Below, one piece after another: positions 14,442 to 26,833 of a DNA stretch of 64,000 bases. Position 1 is the stretch's first letter; each line of letters starts with the position of its first letter. Made by a program: the position numbers and the translations under genes. Below the pieces are notes generated by a model. The model was given only the letters and a program-made list of their open reading frames with translations. It made no database searches and had not been told where the DNA came from. Source of the DNA: Octopus bimaculoides. Its lineage: Eukaryota. The stretch is from the NCBI RefSeq assembly GCF_001194135.2, contig NC_068984.1:141415518-141479517 (forward strand), read 5' to 3'.

Positions 14442-14825
14442 GTAAAGGTTGGACCTTGTAAAATTTGGATTCAAATTGGGATGGCAATGCAAAAAAAATA
14501 GGGGCGGGGATAGTTCCAAGTTCAGAGAAAGTGTTGTGTAATAAGTATCAGGGTAAAACTGGTTATTTATTGAAAATTTACACTGGATGGTGAGTGTTTA
14601 GTTGGCATTGACATCTGAAGATGAATACCGTAAAATAAAAGACTACAAAATTAGGGGTTTTTTTTGTTTGTTTCAATGAATCTAAATACTTTTCCAGACA
14701 TGATTTCCAAATTGTTTTTTTTTTTTGTATTTTGCCAATGTTTTTATTGTCAAGCTTTAACTCACATGTCTAAACACACAACTACACAATAGACTCATTT
14801 ATGTAAACACACACACATTTTCTCC

Positions 14826-14869
<44 letters not shown>

Positions 14870-15211
14870 ATACACATACGTACATACACACATGTATGTG
14901 CACACACACACATATACGCACTTGCACACACACACACACATTTTTTTTTCTTTCTACATTGGAATCTCTCACCAAAACAAGCCTTTCTATTTCAGCTTTA
15001 CCCAGGACTCTGTGCCTTATTATCATAATATACAATGCAACTATATGCTTAGAAGCAAAAAAAAAAAAAATATATATTTTATAATATACGTGTGTCTGTA
15101 AACCAAAAAGAAATGTTTTGAGTGGTTATTAGAGTTCAGCTTTCATCTTTGTTGATTCTTACTCAAGATCCCCCGTAGAGTGTCTCCAATTGCTTCATCT
15201 TTTCATTGTAG

Positions 15212-15259
15212 AAAAGCCCTTATAATGGCCACAAGCAAGGGATTGAAGATCCTGGCCAG
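15212..15259 (+). CDS. Candidate 48-nt exon (R-KALIMATSKGLKILA), phase 2-2
   Basis: Acceptor cttcatcttttcattgtag; donor CAG|gtatat at 15260; GC-rich coding-like composition. The exon is also open in phase 0. Confidence 0.6.
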
Positions 15260-15525
15260 GTATATATATACCCAAACCTTTCGCATGTTGCCTTTACTTC
15301 TTTCACATAGTTTTCTGTTGACTTAGTTGTTATTTATACGTATTCACACATGCATACATATGTTCATATATATATATGTATGTATGTATGTATGTATATA
15401 TATATATATATGTATGTATATGTACATACTGTTTTACTCCTTTTGTGTTTTTACATTATATTCTCTTCACAGCTGTTGTTGTGTGAGTGTTATATATACG
15501 TATATATATATATATGTGTATATGT

Positions 15526-15559
<34 letters not shown>

Positions 15560-15994
15560 CTGTTTACTCTAAGCATACACAACTATAAGTGACAGATGTA
15601 TACTTGTGTATACTTATAATTAAATATGCATGTCTTAATGTTGTAGAGTCATCTATTTCACTTGTTCTCCTCTCTCTCATCTATAACCTCGAAATAACAT
15701 TCTTTTCATTCCTTCTCTACCTACCTACCTACCTTCCTACCTACCTACCTTCCTTCCTTCCTTCCCTCCGTCCTTGCTTTCTCACCTTCCTAGTCTCTCC
15801 AAGACATACACTACATGCATTTTCTCGGTCGATTGTCTTAGCTTCCAGTTGTTTTTATCTACAAACCCCACTCAGTATTGCGTGTGTGTGTGTGTGTGTG
15901 TGTGTGAGGTGAGTGATATATATATAAATAAATAAACCCTTTACCATTTAAATGATATATGGTATTGAAATGCTAACCGAACTTCTGAATCATC

Positions 15995-16030
<36 letters not shown>

Positions 16031-16128
16031 ATGCATGTCATGTACATGCGTGCCTCTCTGTGTACATGTATGACTCTTTCTCTCTCTTTCGCTCTCTCTC
16101 TCTCTCTCTCTCTCTCTCNNNNNNNNNN

Positions 16129-16187
<59 letters not shown>

Positions 16188-17703
16188 TATGTATGTATTG
16201 ATGTATGCATCTCATACCTGTTTCTCAAGAGTGCCTTTTTCCTAACCATTCTAATCCAGCCTGTAGTCCTACACCCCCTCCTCTTCTTAATATTTTCAAT
16301 CTCTTTAGCCTTTGACATCCCCCACCCTTCCTTCATTGGAACCCCCGCCTCCTCCTCCCTGTTTAAGGTTCTGTTGGTTGGGTTTATGATGTAATAATGA
16401 TAGCTGCTCATCTCACATCCCTTCTGCTCCATCATGCATATGTGTATGTATATGTATATATATGTTATTTATTGTGTATATGTGTGTGTGTAGATGATCT
16501 TTCCTATCTCGTCTTTGTCCCCAGTTCCCCCCTCTAGCCCGTCCCTTATTTCCCTACTCTCTATAAGGGGTTTCACCCTGTACATTTAAACATCTGAAGA
16601 GAGGCAGGTGAGGAAGCAATTTCAAACCTTGTAATATGGTTTTTTTTCTTTTACCCCCCTCACAACAAAGAGGGATATGTTTTTTTTTTTTTTTTTTTTT
16701 TNNNNNNNNNNNNNNNNNNNNNNNNNNNNNNNNNNNNNNNNNNNNNNNNNNNNNNNNNNNNNNNNNNNNNNNNNNNNNNNNNNNNNNNNNNNNNNNNNNN
16801 NNNNNNNNNNNNNNNNNNNNNNNNNNNNNNNNNNNNNNNNNNNNNNNNNNNNNNNNNNNNNNNNNNNNNNNNNNNNNNNNNNNNNNNNNNNNNNNNNNNN
16901 NNNNNNNNNNNNNNNNNNNNNNNNNNNNNNNNNNNNNNNNNNNNNNNNNNNNNNNNNNNNNNNNNNNNNNNNNNNNNNNNNNNNNNNNNNNNNNNNNNNN
17001 NNNNNNNNNNNNNNNNNNNNNNNNNNNNNNNNNNNNNNNNNNNNNNNNNNNNNNNNNNNNNNNNNNNNNNNNNNNNNNNNNNNNNNNNNNNNNNNNNNNN
17101 NNNNNNNNNNNNNNNNNNNNNNNNNNNNNNNNNNNNNNNNNNNNNNNNNNNNNNNNNNNNNNNNNNNNNNNNNNNNNNNNNNNNNNNNNNNNNNNNNNNN
17201 NNNNNNNNNNNNNNNNNNNNNNNNNNNNNNNNNNNNNNNNNNNNNNNNNNNNNNNACATATTTTAAATAAGCATAATTAAAGGCTCACAAAAAAATAAAT
17301 CTACCAAAAATAATCTCCAAATAACCTTCATGGGTTTTTTTATATTTTTCCTTTTTTTTTTTTTAATTTAAAGTATCTAAATCAGAATTAATTCTTATCC
17401 CCGCATCTATTTCTGTTTCTTTCCTGGCCATTGTTACAGAGGTTATAGAAATCTTTATTTCATATCATATCTATATATCTATGTGTGTGTTCAGTGTTAT
17501 TGTACAGCAGCAGCTTTCAGAGGTGTCACCTATCTTTGGTTGTTTAACAACACTTGCAGCCGAACAGTCAGTCACTCATTCCAGTCAGCACTTGTCTCTC
17601 TCTTCCTTCTTTCATTGTGTTTTATTTATTTATTATTTTCCTTGTGTTCAGCTTTTAGTTTCTCTTGTCTTTTCCGTTTCTTTTCCTGTGTTTTTAATTT
17701 CAG

Positions 17704-17728
17704 TGACCTGTTGGACATTTCCATAGAA
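17704..17728 (+). CDS. Candidate 25-nt microexon (S-DLLDISIE), phase 2-0
   Basis: Long tract ...ttttcctgtgtttttaatttcag; donor GAA|gtagga at 17729; open only in phase 2. Confidence 0.55.
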
Positions 17729-18360
17729 GTAGGATTTGTTGCAGGAACTGAAGCCTTGGTTGTGAGATACATAAAAACGGATTGTGTACGTTCAGGTGTT
17801 GAATTGTATCAAATCGATAAGCGTTCTATATATGTTACGGTGTATATGGTTTATTGAGGCTGTATGTTTAATCTTGTGATTCTAGTTTCATGTCACTGCA
17901 ATCGTCACATGAGAACAGTGAGATAATGGCATGGAACTTTAGCAACGTATGCATGTATGTTTACATACATACAAACACATATACCTGTGTATATATATAT
18001 ATATATATATATAAAGATAATAATAATAATAAAAAGTAACATCAAAAGAATGGGACCTCGATATTAGATAAACAGAGGATTATACATATATATATATATA
18101 TATCATCATCATTTAACGTCTGCTTTCCATGCTAGCATTTGACTGAGGACTGGCGAACTGGATGGCTGCACCAGGCTCCAATCTGATCTGGCAGAGTTTC
18201 TACAGCTGGATGCCCTTCCTAATGCCAACCACTCCAAGAGTGTAGTGGGTGCTTTTTACGTGCCACCGGCACGAGGGCCAGTCCAGCGGTACTGGCAACA
18301 GCCATGCTCAAATGGTGTTTTATATATATATATATATATATGTTATAATTTAGAACAAAC

Positions 18361-18501
18361 ATTAAAACGTTGTCATTATAGTACTCGGAGTTTGAAATGT
18401 CGGAGCGAAGAGCTACAATACAGTGATAGCCGACGAGAATGTATCGTAGCTCTTTGCTCCGACATTTGAATCTCCGAGTACTATAATGACAACCTTTTAA
18501 T
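18361..18501. repeat. Foldback hairpin, 62-bp arms and 17-nt loop (probable palindromic MITE)
   Basis: 18361-18422 is the reverse complement of 18440-18501 with 5 mismatches. Confidence 0.9.
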
Positions 18502-19830
18502 ACTCATTCTAAATGATAAAATATATAAATAATTCTCTATTTCTCTAATAATGAGGTCTCATTCTTTTGTTATTATATTTTATTATTATTTATATATATA
18601 TATGTATGTATATGTGTGTGTGTATGTATGTATGTATGTATGTATGTATGTATGTATGAATGAATGTATGTGTGTTTGTATGACAAACACTGTTTTCATG
18701 CAAAGGAAAAGTTTTGTGTGATTAAAAAAAAAAAAGGAATAAAAAAAATATTTCCTTTCTTTCCAGAACATATTTGATGGGAAAGACTGATATAAAAAGT
18801 GAAATTTTGCCATCGTTGTTGTCATAGTTTAGTCCTATGTATTATCATTTTCATACTCTGTTTTAATTCATCGTATATATTATTATCTTATAATATTCTC
18901 TAGTCCTCAAATTATCTTCTTGTCCTATGTTAGCTAACCTAGATGTTATAGACTATATATGATGTAGGTCAACTTTTTCTTTGATCTTTTTGGAGTTGAT
19001 TGAAAAGAAAAAAAACAAATGCAGAGAAGTTTATTATCAGAACTGCCAGTGCTGGAATGGATGTGTTTTGGGAGTGTAGGATGTTTGTGTCATAGTATTA
19101 TGTTGTTCCTGTGACTGAGACAATTTAACTCTTGAGACCTGAGCAACAACACGCCTCGCTGTAAAAAGGTGCTCCTCATTTAAATAGGTGGCACCAGCTA
19201 CTCATCAGTTGAGTACATCAGTACTTTGAAGTTGTAATTGAGTTCAGATTTGTTTTCGAAGTTTGACCTGGAAAAAATGTAGTTTGCCCTACATAGCACC
19301 GTCAAGATAAATCGTGCTTGAAAAATGAAGAAAATGAAAAAGAACAAAACCCACAACTCGAGATTTTTATTTATCGATGGTACATTTGCTGACATAGTAC
19401 CAGTTGCTCGGGAGATGCAGAGGTGAAATACTTGAATTGTTGAAGTATGAATTACCTGACCCATGGATCGCTTGGGTTCACATAACCAACCCCACAGCTG
19501 ATCCTTGCATCAAATGAAACTTTGAAAGTTAGAAATAAATATTTACTTTGTCTGGTTTATCAATCTGTGCCATGAAGGAATTATCCCTGCCTCCCCACAA
19601 CTTTCCACATTCATCTTATTTTAGTTTGGGTGGGGTACAATTTTCACAGGGATTTCACATAAATATACATATATGTATATAAATTAAACATATGTAAAAG
19701 ATATGCAGATATATATATATATATATATATAGCATATAGTTGAATAGGAATTGTTGTTTTTACAATTTTTGTCCTTGACATCAGAAAGTTGAACACTTTT
19801 CCCCCCTCTAACATTAAAGCACTCTATCAA

Positions 19831-19872
<42 letters not shown>

Positions 19873-20219
19873 CAGCATTGAAACCAATAAATGGAAGTAT
19901 ATCAGTCTTTCTGGTGTAGTAGCTTTCAAGTGTGCATGTGTAAACTTAGAAGTTGGTAATGCTGTAAACAGTTGTATCAGGACAATTCCCCCCCGACGAC
20001 AACTACCCCCTACGGTAATTATCCCCCCTTGGTTAATTACCCCCCTCTCTTATATATTAAGAAGCTTTAAATTATCATCTGTTGTCCTCAGTAGGGGGTG
20101 GGTGGGTTATTGTCCATGGTGGGTAAATGTCCTAGAATCGTAAACAGCAATGTAGAAAATATTGTGTAAACGTACCCCTTAAAATGAAGGTGACCAGAAT
20201 CCCCAACCACCATCTCAAC

Positions 20220-20475
20220 CAGTGGTTCTCAACTGGAGTCCATATAAGATTTTTGGGGTCCATACAGCAAAATAATAAATAGTATTTCAAGGGCCCCTGA
20301 AAAAAATTTTGCTTTAGATGTATGGCTTGGTATTTATATTGCAAGAAATAGGTTTCTTTTCCATAGATCGACTTACACAAATTAATGTGTGAAAAACAAA
20401 ATAGGAATTTTGAAAGAAGTTTCTATAAAACCAGTTTTTAAATATCGAATGACTATGGGGTCCACCAGAATAAAA
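20220..20475 (+). mobile_element. hAT/Charlie-like non-autonomous element fragment (related copy 63781-64000)
   Basis: Starts CAGTGGTTCTCAAC, a typical hAT terminus; internal similarity to the 63781 copy. Confidence 0.55.
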
Positions 20476-20487
20476 TAATAATCAATC

Positions 20488-20725
20488 TTGTTTGGATGAT
20501 GCTTTTTACTTGCTACTGGCACAGGAGCCAGTCAGGCGGACCTGGCATTGACCACATTCAGATGGAGCTTTTATGTGTGACTGGCATGGGAGCTAGTCAG
20601 GTAGGCCTGGCATTGACCACTTTAGATGATGATTTTTACGTGCCACTGGCATGGGAGCCACTCAGGCTGACCTGGCATTAACCATGCTCAGATGGAGCTT
20701 ATTATGTGCCACCGGCATGGGAACC
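20488..20725 (+). repeat. 65-nt minisatellite (about 3.6 units) related to SINE family D internal sequence
   Basis: ATT(G/A)ACCA recurs at 20547, 20612 and 20677; similar array at about 1300-1440. Confidence 0.75.
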
Positions 20726-22650
20726 ACATTCTGACTATATATACATAGACATGTATGCATACTTATTTGTATGTAAAATGTTTGTGTATATATGTGTGTG
20801 CGTGTGTGAGAGAGAGAGAGAGAGTAATGGGGTGAAGGGTTGCCCAATCTCAGCACTACAATTAAGAGACTACCCACATATTGCATTGATTGTGTTAATT
20901 GATTGATGGGTGCAGAAATGACCCCCACCACCAACAACAACAATTCAGCAGCCCTTTAAGGTGTGATGAATGGGCTGTCTTCTTTGATGTCATCACCACT
21001 GTCAGGTAAAAGACTAATCCCTGTCTTCCTAACGACAGACTGTGATGGTGCTGATAATTATCATAGAAGAAAGGTTGATTGTGTTGTAAGATAAGACGAG
21101 GAAGAGCAAAATGTTGTTTTAGGTGGGAATATAAAAAGTTTAAGAAATGCATTTTATTTCAATATTTATTTTTGTTTGTAATAGCCAGTTCTTTTGGTCA
21201 AACTTTCGTATCTCCAGCTGCTTCAGATGCCAAGATATCAAAAATTGTCAAAGTGTAGTACAACGGTTTTACTATAGAATGGTGGAACTGTTTTTTCGTT
21301 TTCTAAAAAAAACATCATTTTGTACTTATGACACTTTGGCATAATAGCAATGATATCTATGTCAGTCTGTCTGTCCAATCTTTGTTGTGTGTGTGTGTGT
21401 GTATAGTGATGGGATGACTGATTTATTGATATTGATTTCATGCAAACTGTAATCGTTGCCAAGAGGATGGTTATATTTTGATATAATGCTGTAGAGACTA
21501 GTGTTACCATTTTAAAGACCATTATTGTTGTCTATTATTAAGTCATCATCACTGAACACAACTACACCAGACCATTCTATCGGCAATATTAACATTTCAG
21601 TCAACCAATCCATAAAATACCAGTCACATACCATGGTCAATGCAACCCACTGCTGGCAGCCTTTCAAATTTATAGCATTGTATCTATGAGGAACCATAAT
21701 AATAATAATTATTATTATTATTATTATTATTATTATTTTTAGTTATGTTGTTGTCATTCTGGGGTTGAATTGGCAGATTTTATTTTATCAGAGTTCAAAG
21801 CATGCTGCAGTCAACTTCATTCTGGGTTTCATAAAACAAAACACCTCTCAAGCCCTGGGGTCACCTTGATCTATCGGTTGTATCCACCTTCATAATTGGC
21901 TGGAATCACTGTGATTGTCGACAATTGGATGGAAATCCAGTGGTCTGAATCCTGTATGAAATAGTTTTCCTGGGAAGTGGACCTGAAATTCAGTCCCCAA
22001 GCTTGCCAGCTGTTTACAATTACCCACAAGGCACTGTTGCTTATCTATGTTTACATTTAATTACAGCTAACTTAATTACCTCAGTTCATTATATAACTAC
22101 TCACTTCCTTTTGTTATTATACTGACCACTGGTTATTGTTTTTTAACCAATCTGGTCGATGTAGGACGAAAGGTGTTCCAGTCATAACTATTTTGGCCTA
22201 CATTACCTACTGGGATAAAACAGTAGACTGTAATTTACCAGATGTGGCTGCTATTTCTAGCAGGTTCACTGGCCACATAGAGGAAAATTTCATCATTGTA
22301 GTGTTGTTGGTGGTGGCAGTTTGCCACGGAAGTATTCATGCCATTTTATACTGAACTCTGTTGAAATATCTGATTATCCGATTCCCTCCAAGACAAATAA
22401 TACAATAGATGGATATCTCTGCTGCTGCTTTATCTCCTCAGAATTCTGTTGATTCTATCTTTACAAAGTTCTTCTGTAAACAAACTGCACGTTTTATTGG
22501 AATTAACTTTTACCCCAACGAACAGGCAGGGTTTTCTTTTTGCTTTTCATGACTTTATTTCGAACATGCACACACACACTCACATGTGTGTGCACATGGA
22601 CACACATGTGCACATGTGTGCATACACTCCTTCCCCCAGTATTCTTTTGT

Positions 22651-22857
22651 TCTTTTACTTGTTTCAGTCATTTGACTGTGGCCATGCTGGAGCACTGCCT
22701 TTAGTCGAAAAAAATCGATCACCCAGGATTTATTCTTTGTAAGCCTAGTACTTATTCCATCAGTCGCTTTTGCCGAACTGCTATGTTATGGGGACGTAGA
22801 CACACCAACATTGGTTGGCAAGCAATGGTGGTGGGGACAAACACAGACACACAAACT

Positions 22858-22889
<32 letters not shown>

Positions 22890-23050
22890 TATACGATGGG
22901 CTTCTTTCAGTTTCCATCTACCAGATCCACTCACAAGGCTTTGGTCGGCCCCAGGTTTTAGCAGAAGACACTTGGCCAAGGTGCCATGCAGTGGGACTGA
23001 ACCCGAAATCATGTGGTTGGTAAGCAAGCTACTTACCACACAGCCACTCC
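22651..23050 (-). mobile_element. SINE family C (tRNA head, CORE-like CACCTTGGGCAAGTG, internal (CA)n/(TA)n)
   Basis: Other copies at 882-1090 -, 1460-1648 +, 1800-2035 +, 8985-9115 -, 28660-28790 -, 30041-30410 -. Confidence 0.85.
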
Positions 23051-26000
23051 CATAACAAGCTGTTATTTAATGGTGTTTGTTTTGCAAATCAGTGCTGATG
23101 TTCACCTTTGTTATGAACCCTGAGCACAGCCAGTTCCAGAAACCACATCGCACCCTTGATTATCGTAAATGGCACTGCAGCAACAGTCTAAGAGGATACA
23201 CTTTGCTCAGGGACCCCTTATCAAGACCCCATCTGCAGTAGGGTTGTTGTGTGCTTTGAATTTAATTTGGTTTATTATTAAATGAAAAGACAAATGGGAT
23301 GACAGAGTCCCAGAGGGATGGATATCTGCCAAGAAGGACTGGTTCATATTTTTAATGGGGGGGGAGGGGGTAGGTGAGGGTAGTTGAGATAGGTAGGGTG
23401 TGATGGTGATAACCGCAAAGTTTCCTTCCAATTTCAAATAATAGAAGGTTCTAGACAAAAATGTTAAAAAAAAAGCGGGGTACCTTCAGGTAAAGTAATA
23501 CTGTTAGGATTCTAATTGTTCAGGTATCTTGTTTCTTTTATTAACCTCTCTCTGATTCTCTAAAATCCCTTCTCTCATGGTTCCCCCTCAGCTCTCCACC
23601 TCCCTTTCCATCCCTCTTTGTTTCCTCCCTCTCCTCCACTTACCCGCCTCTCTCTCCTTCCTCATTCATTACAGCCACTGCACACTTTGTTGCCAGTTGC
23701 AATTAAATAAATGCACCTCTGTAGCATCTAGTAAATGTTAACTGGTTTACCTTTCTAATCTTGCATCCTCTTAGCCAATCTCCCTCCATCCACACCCAGT
23801 CACTTTCTTAGCCTCCCCCACACCTCCTCCAACCAACCCTGCTCCACCATCACCTCACCCCCTCTGCATCACCACATTACCATTCCTGTTGTCAAGAAAT
23901 GGCAACCTCACAACCCATCAGTAACATGCTATTGTTACAAAATGTCACGTTTAGCTTCATTTAAAATGTATTGTTTTGGTTAATTCCTGCACTGGCATTG
24001 TTCTTGCACCAACATTGAGCATGTTTCACCACTTTGCCATTTTCTAGCAGTAATACATCTCACTTAGCTGCTTCCGTGCCTGGTAGAATTTAGAACTGTT
24101 GTCACATTTGTCCTTGGTGGATGACATGGAGACGGTATTTCAAACTAAACTGACACAACAGCTATCAACCTGCTCTTTACAACACAAATTAAAAGTATTT
24201 ACATCTTCACTCCATAGCAGCCATTTGGGTCTCTAGTAATCATCATCAACTGTTTATTTCTAGATATGTCTAGGCATGGGCGTAGTGTAAGTGCGGGGGT
24301 GGTTTGGGGGTCAGCCCCACTGCTCAGTTTAAGACTGATTGGTCTTGCGAATGGATTTGGTAGTTGGAACTGAAAGAAACTTATTGTGCATGTGCATCTG
24401 CACACGCACACATGCAATGAAAGCTCATGGCTTAGTTGTGCTTACAATTGTGAGTCTTGTGAGCTTCATTCCTGGACTGGGCTGTGTGTTGTGTTCTTGA
24501 GCAAGACACTTTATTTCACATTGCTCCAGTTTACTTGACTGTAGAAATGAGTTGTAACATCACTGGTGCCAAGCTGCATCAGCCCTTACGTTTCCCTTGG
24601 ATAAAATCAGTTGTGTGGAGAAGGGGAGGCTGGTATGCATGGACAACTGCTGGTCTTTCATAAACAACTCAGCTTGGACTTGTGTCCCTCATAGGGTAAC
24701 TTTTTGGACATAATTCCATGATCATTCATGACCGAAGTTTTTTAATTTTTTACCCTATATATATATATATATATATATNNNNNNNNNNNNNNNNNNNNNN
24801 NNNNNNNNNNNNNNNNNNNNNNNNNNNNNNNNNNNNNNNNNNNNNNNNNNNNNNNNNNNNNNNNNNNNNNNNNNNNNNNNNNNNNNNNNNNNNNNNNNNN
24901 NNNNNNNNNNNNNNNNNNNNNNNNNNNNNNNNNNNNNNNNNNNNNNNNNNNNNNNNNNNNNNNNNNNNNNNNNNNNNNNNNNNNNNNNNTATATATATAT
25001 ATATTGCGTGTGTGTTGGGGGTGTACCCTTGTCTTCACACCATGTGTTGCCTGTAAATGGGGATCACATCATACAAGCATTGTTGTTCATTTCTGGGGGA
25101 AATTAAAACCTTCCACTAAACATTAGTCACGATTTGTTCCTAACACTAGCTTCATGATAACTAAACTCAATAATTTCTTATCCCTTATTTGTTAAATGTT
25201 GCTTTTTGCAAGGATTTCAAGTTTTTATTTATTACCTTACTGAGTGACTTTTATGTACCTATTAATTATTTTTAGTGGGGATTTATTGTCAGTAAGAAAT
25301 AATACGTTAACAAATGAGGTGTGTGTGTGTGTATTTGTGATATTTTAATGGAGGCTGACTTGACATTGCCCCTTATTGTGATTATGTGTAGATATATTTG
25401 AAGGTTGCATCCTCAATACGGTGAAATATGAAGCGCTTTGGTTTAGGTTCCCTTTAATGACAAAAATATGGCAATTTGTTGGGTGAAAACCATGCCAAAG
25501 TGGACCTTACCAGTGCTGGTGCCACAAAGAAACACTGAATCCACTCTGTAAAGTGACTGACATCAGAAAGGCATTTAGCTGTAAAGACTATGCCAAAACA
25601 GACTGTGGAGCTTGGTGCCAGCTCCTGTCAAACCATCCAACCCATGCCAGCATGGAAAATGGATATTAAATGATGATGATTGTGTGTGTATGTGTATACT
25701 CACATATATACACACATGCATGCATGCATACATACATACATACATACACACATACGTATGTACATACATACATACGTATGTACATACATACATACATATT
25801 TCTGATGTTGAAGAGGATCTAAATGAAGACACTTCATATTTCACTATATCAAGGGAGCAACCTTCAAATTGCAATTTCACACTTCAGATACTGGATTGGG
25901 TGGCATGTTTACTTATTTATGTTTTCCAGCTTACCACTTGGTTTACTGATAGTAAAGAGAGACATAGAAATGTCTGTAACACACTGCAGAACAAATATCC

Positions 26001-26797
26001 CAAGGGAGTTCATATTTGTAAAGCACCATTTTTTTTTTTTTTTTCTTTGGACTTTTTAGCCACTGTTTATATATTTTGCCAATATGCATTGGTAAAAGAC
26101 ACACATNNNNNNNNNNNNNNNNNNNNNNNNNNNNNNNNNNNNNNNNNNNNNNNNNNNNNNNNNNNNNNNNNNNNNNNNNNNNNNNNNNNNNNNNNNNNNN
26201 NNNNNNNNNNNNNNNNNNNNNNNNNNNNNNNNNNNNNNNNNNNNNNNNNNNNNNNNNNNNNNNNNNNNNNNNNNNNNNNNNNNNNNNNNATATATATATA
26301 TATATAAAGCTATACATAGGCAGATATACACAGTATGTACTTACATTTATTTTCTACATTATTTCTATGTGAATGTCTATACAGAAAACAGGTCAGTTTT
26401 GGAAAAATCTCCATGTCTTTTCTGTAAGAATTGTTCTCTGTCTATTTTTTCTCCTTTCCAGATTTTCTCTGTTATCTGTTGTACTTTATTCCGATATTTG
26501 TGAACATTCTCCTGTAGTTGTAGTTGATTATTATTATTATTATTATCATTATTATTATTATTATTATTATTATTGTTATTATTATTACTTTTCTTGTTTC
26601 TTTTGTTGTTTCCTTTTGTCTGTACAGTTGTTTTTGCTGTTGCTTTTGTTGGCGTCTGTGGCCAGTATTGTGGTTTGTGGAGCTATCGGTAGCTTTTATT
26701 ATAGTCGTTAGTCCATTAGTAACTATTTGCTTCTGCTCTGTATTTGTATCGTCTCTTCTCTGCTGTTGAAATCTCATATTCAATCTCTGATTTACAG

Positions 26798-26833
26798 GAA
26801 CTGGGAAATCTCATATTATTGCCGTATTTACCA
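26798..26833 (+). CDS. Candidate 36-nt exon (ELGNLILLPYLP), phase 0-0
   Basis: Acceptor ctctgatttacag; donor CCA|gtaaat at 26834; frame fits both neighbouring exons. Confidence 0.4.

Noticed and set aside
12853-17280. Long ORFs in the supplied track here and elsewhere (poly-X, YIYI, THTH, poly-L/N/I)
   Set aside because: Artefacts of N-gaps and (TA)n, (CA)n and (AAT)n microsatellites.
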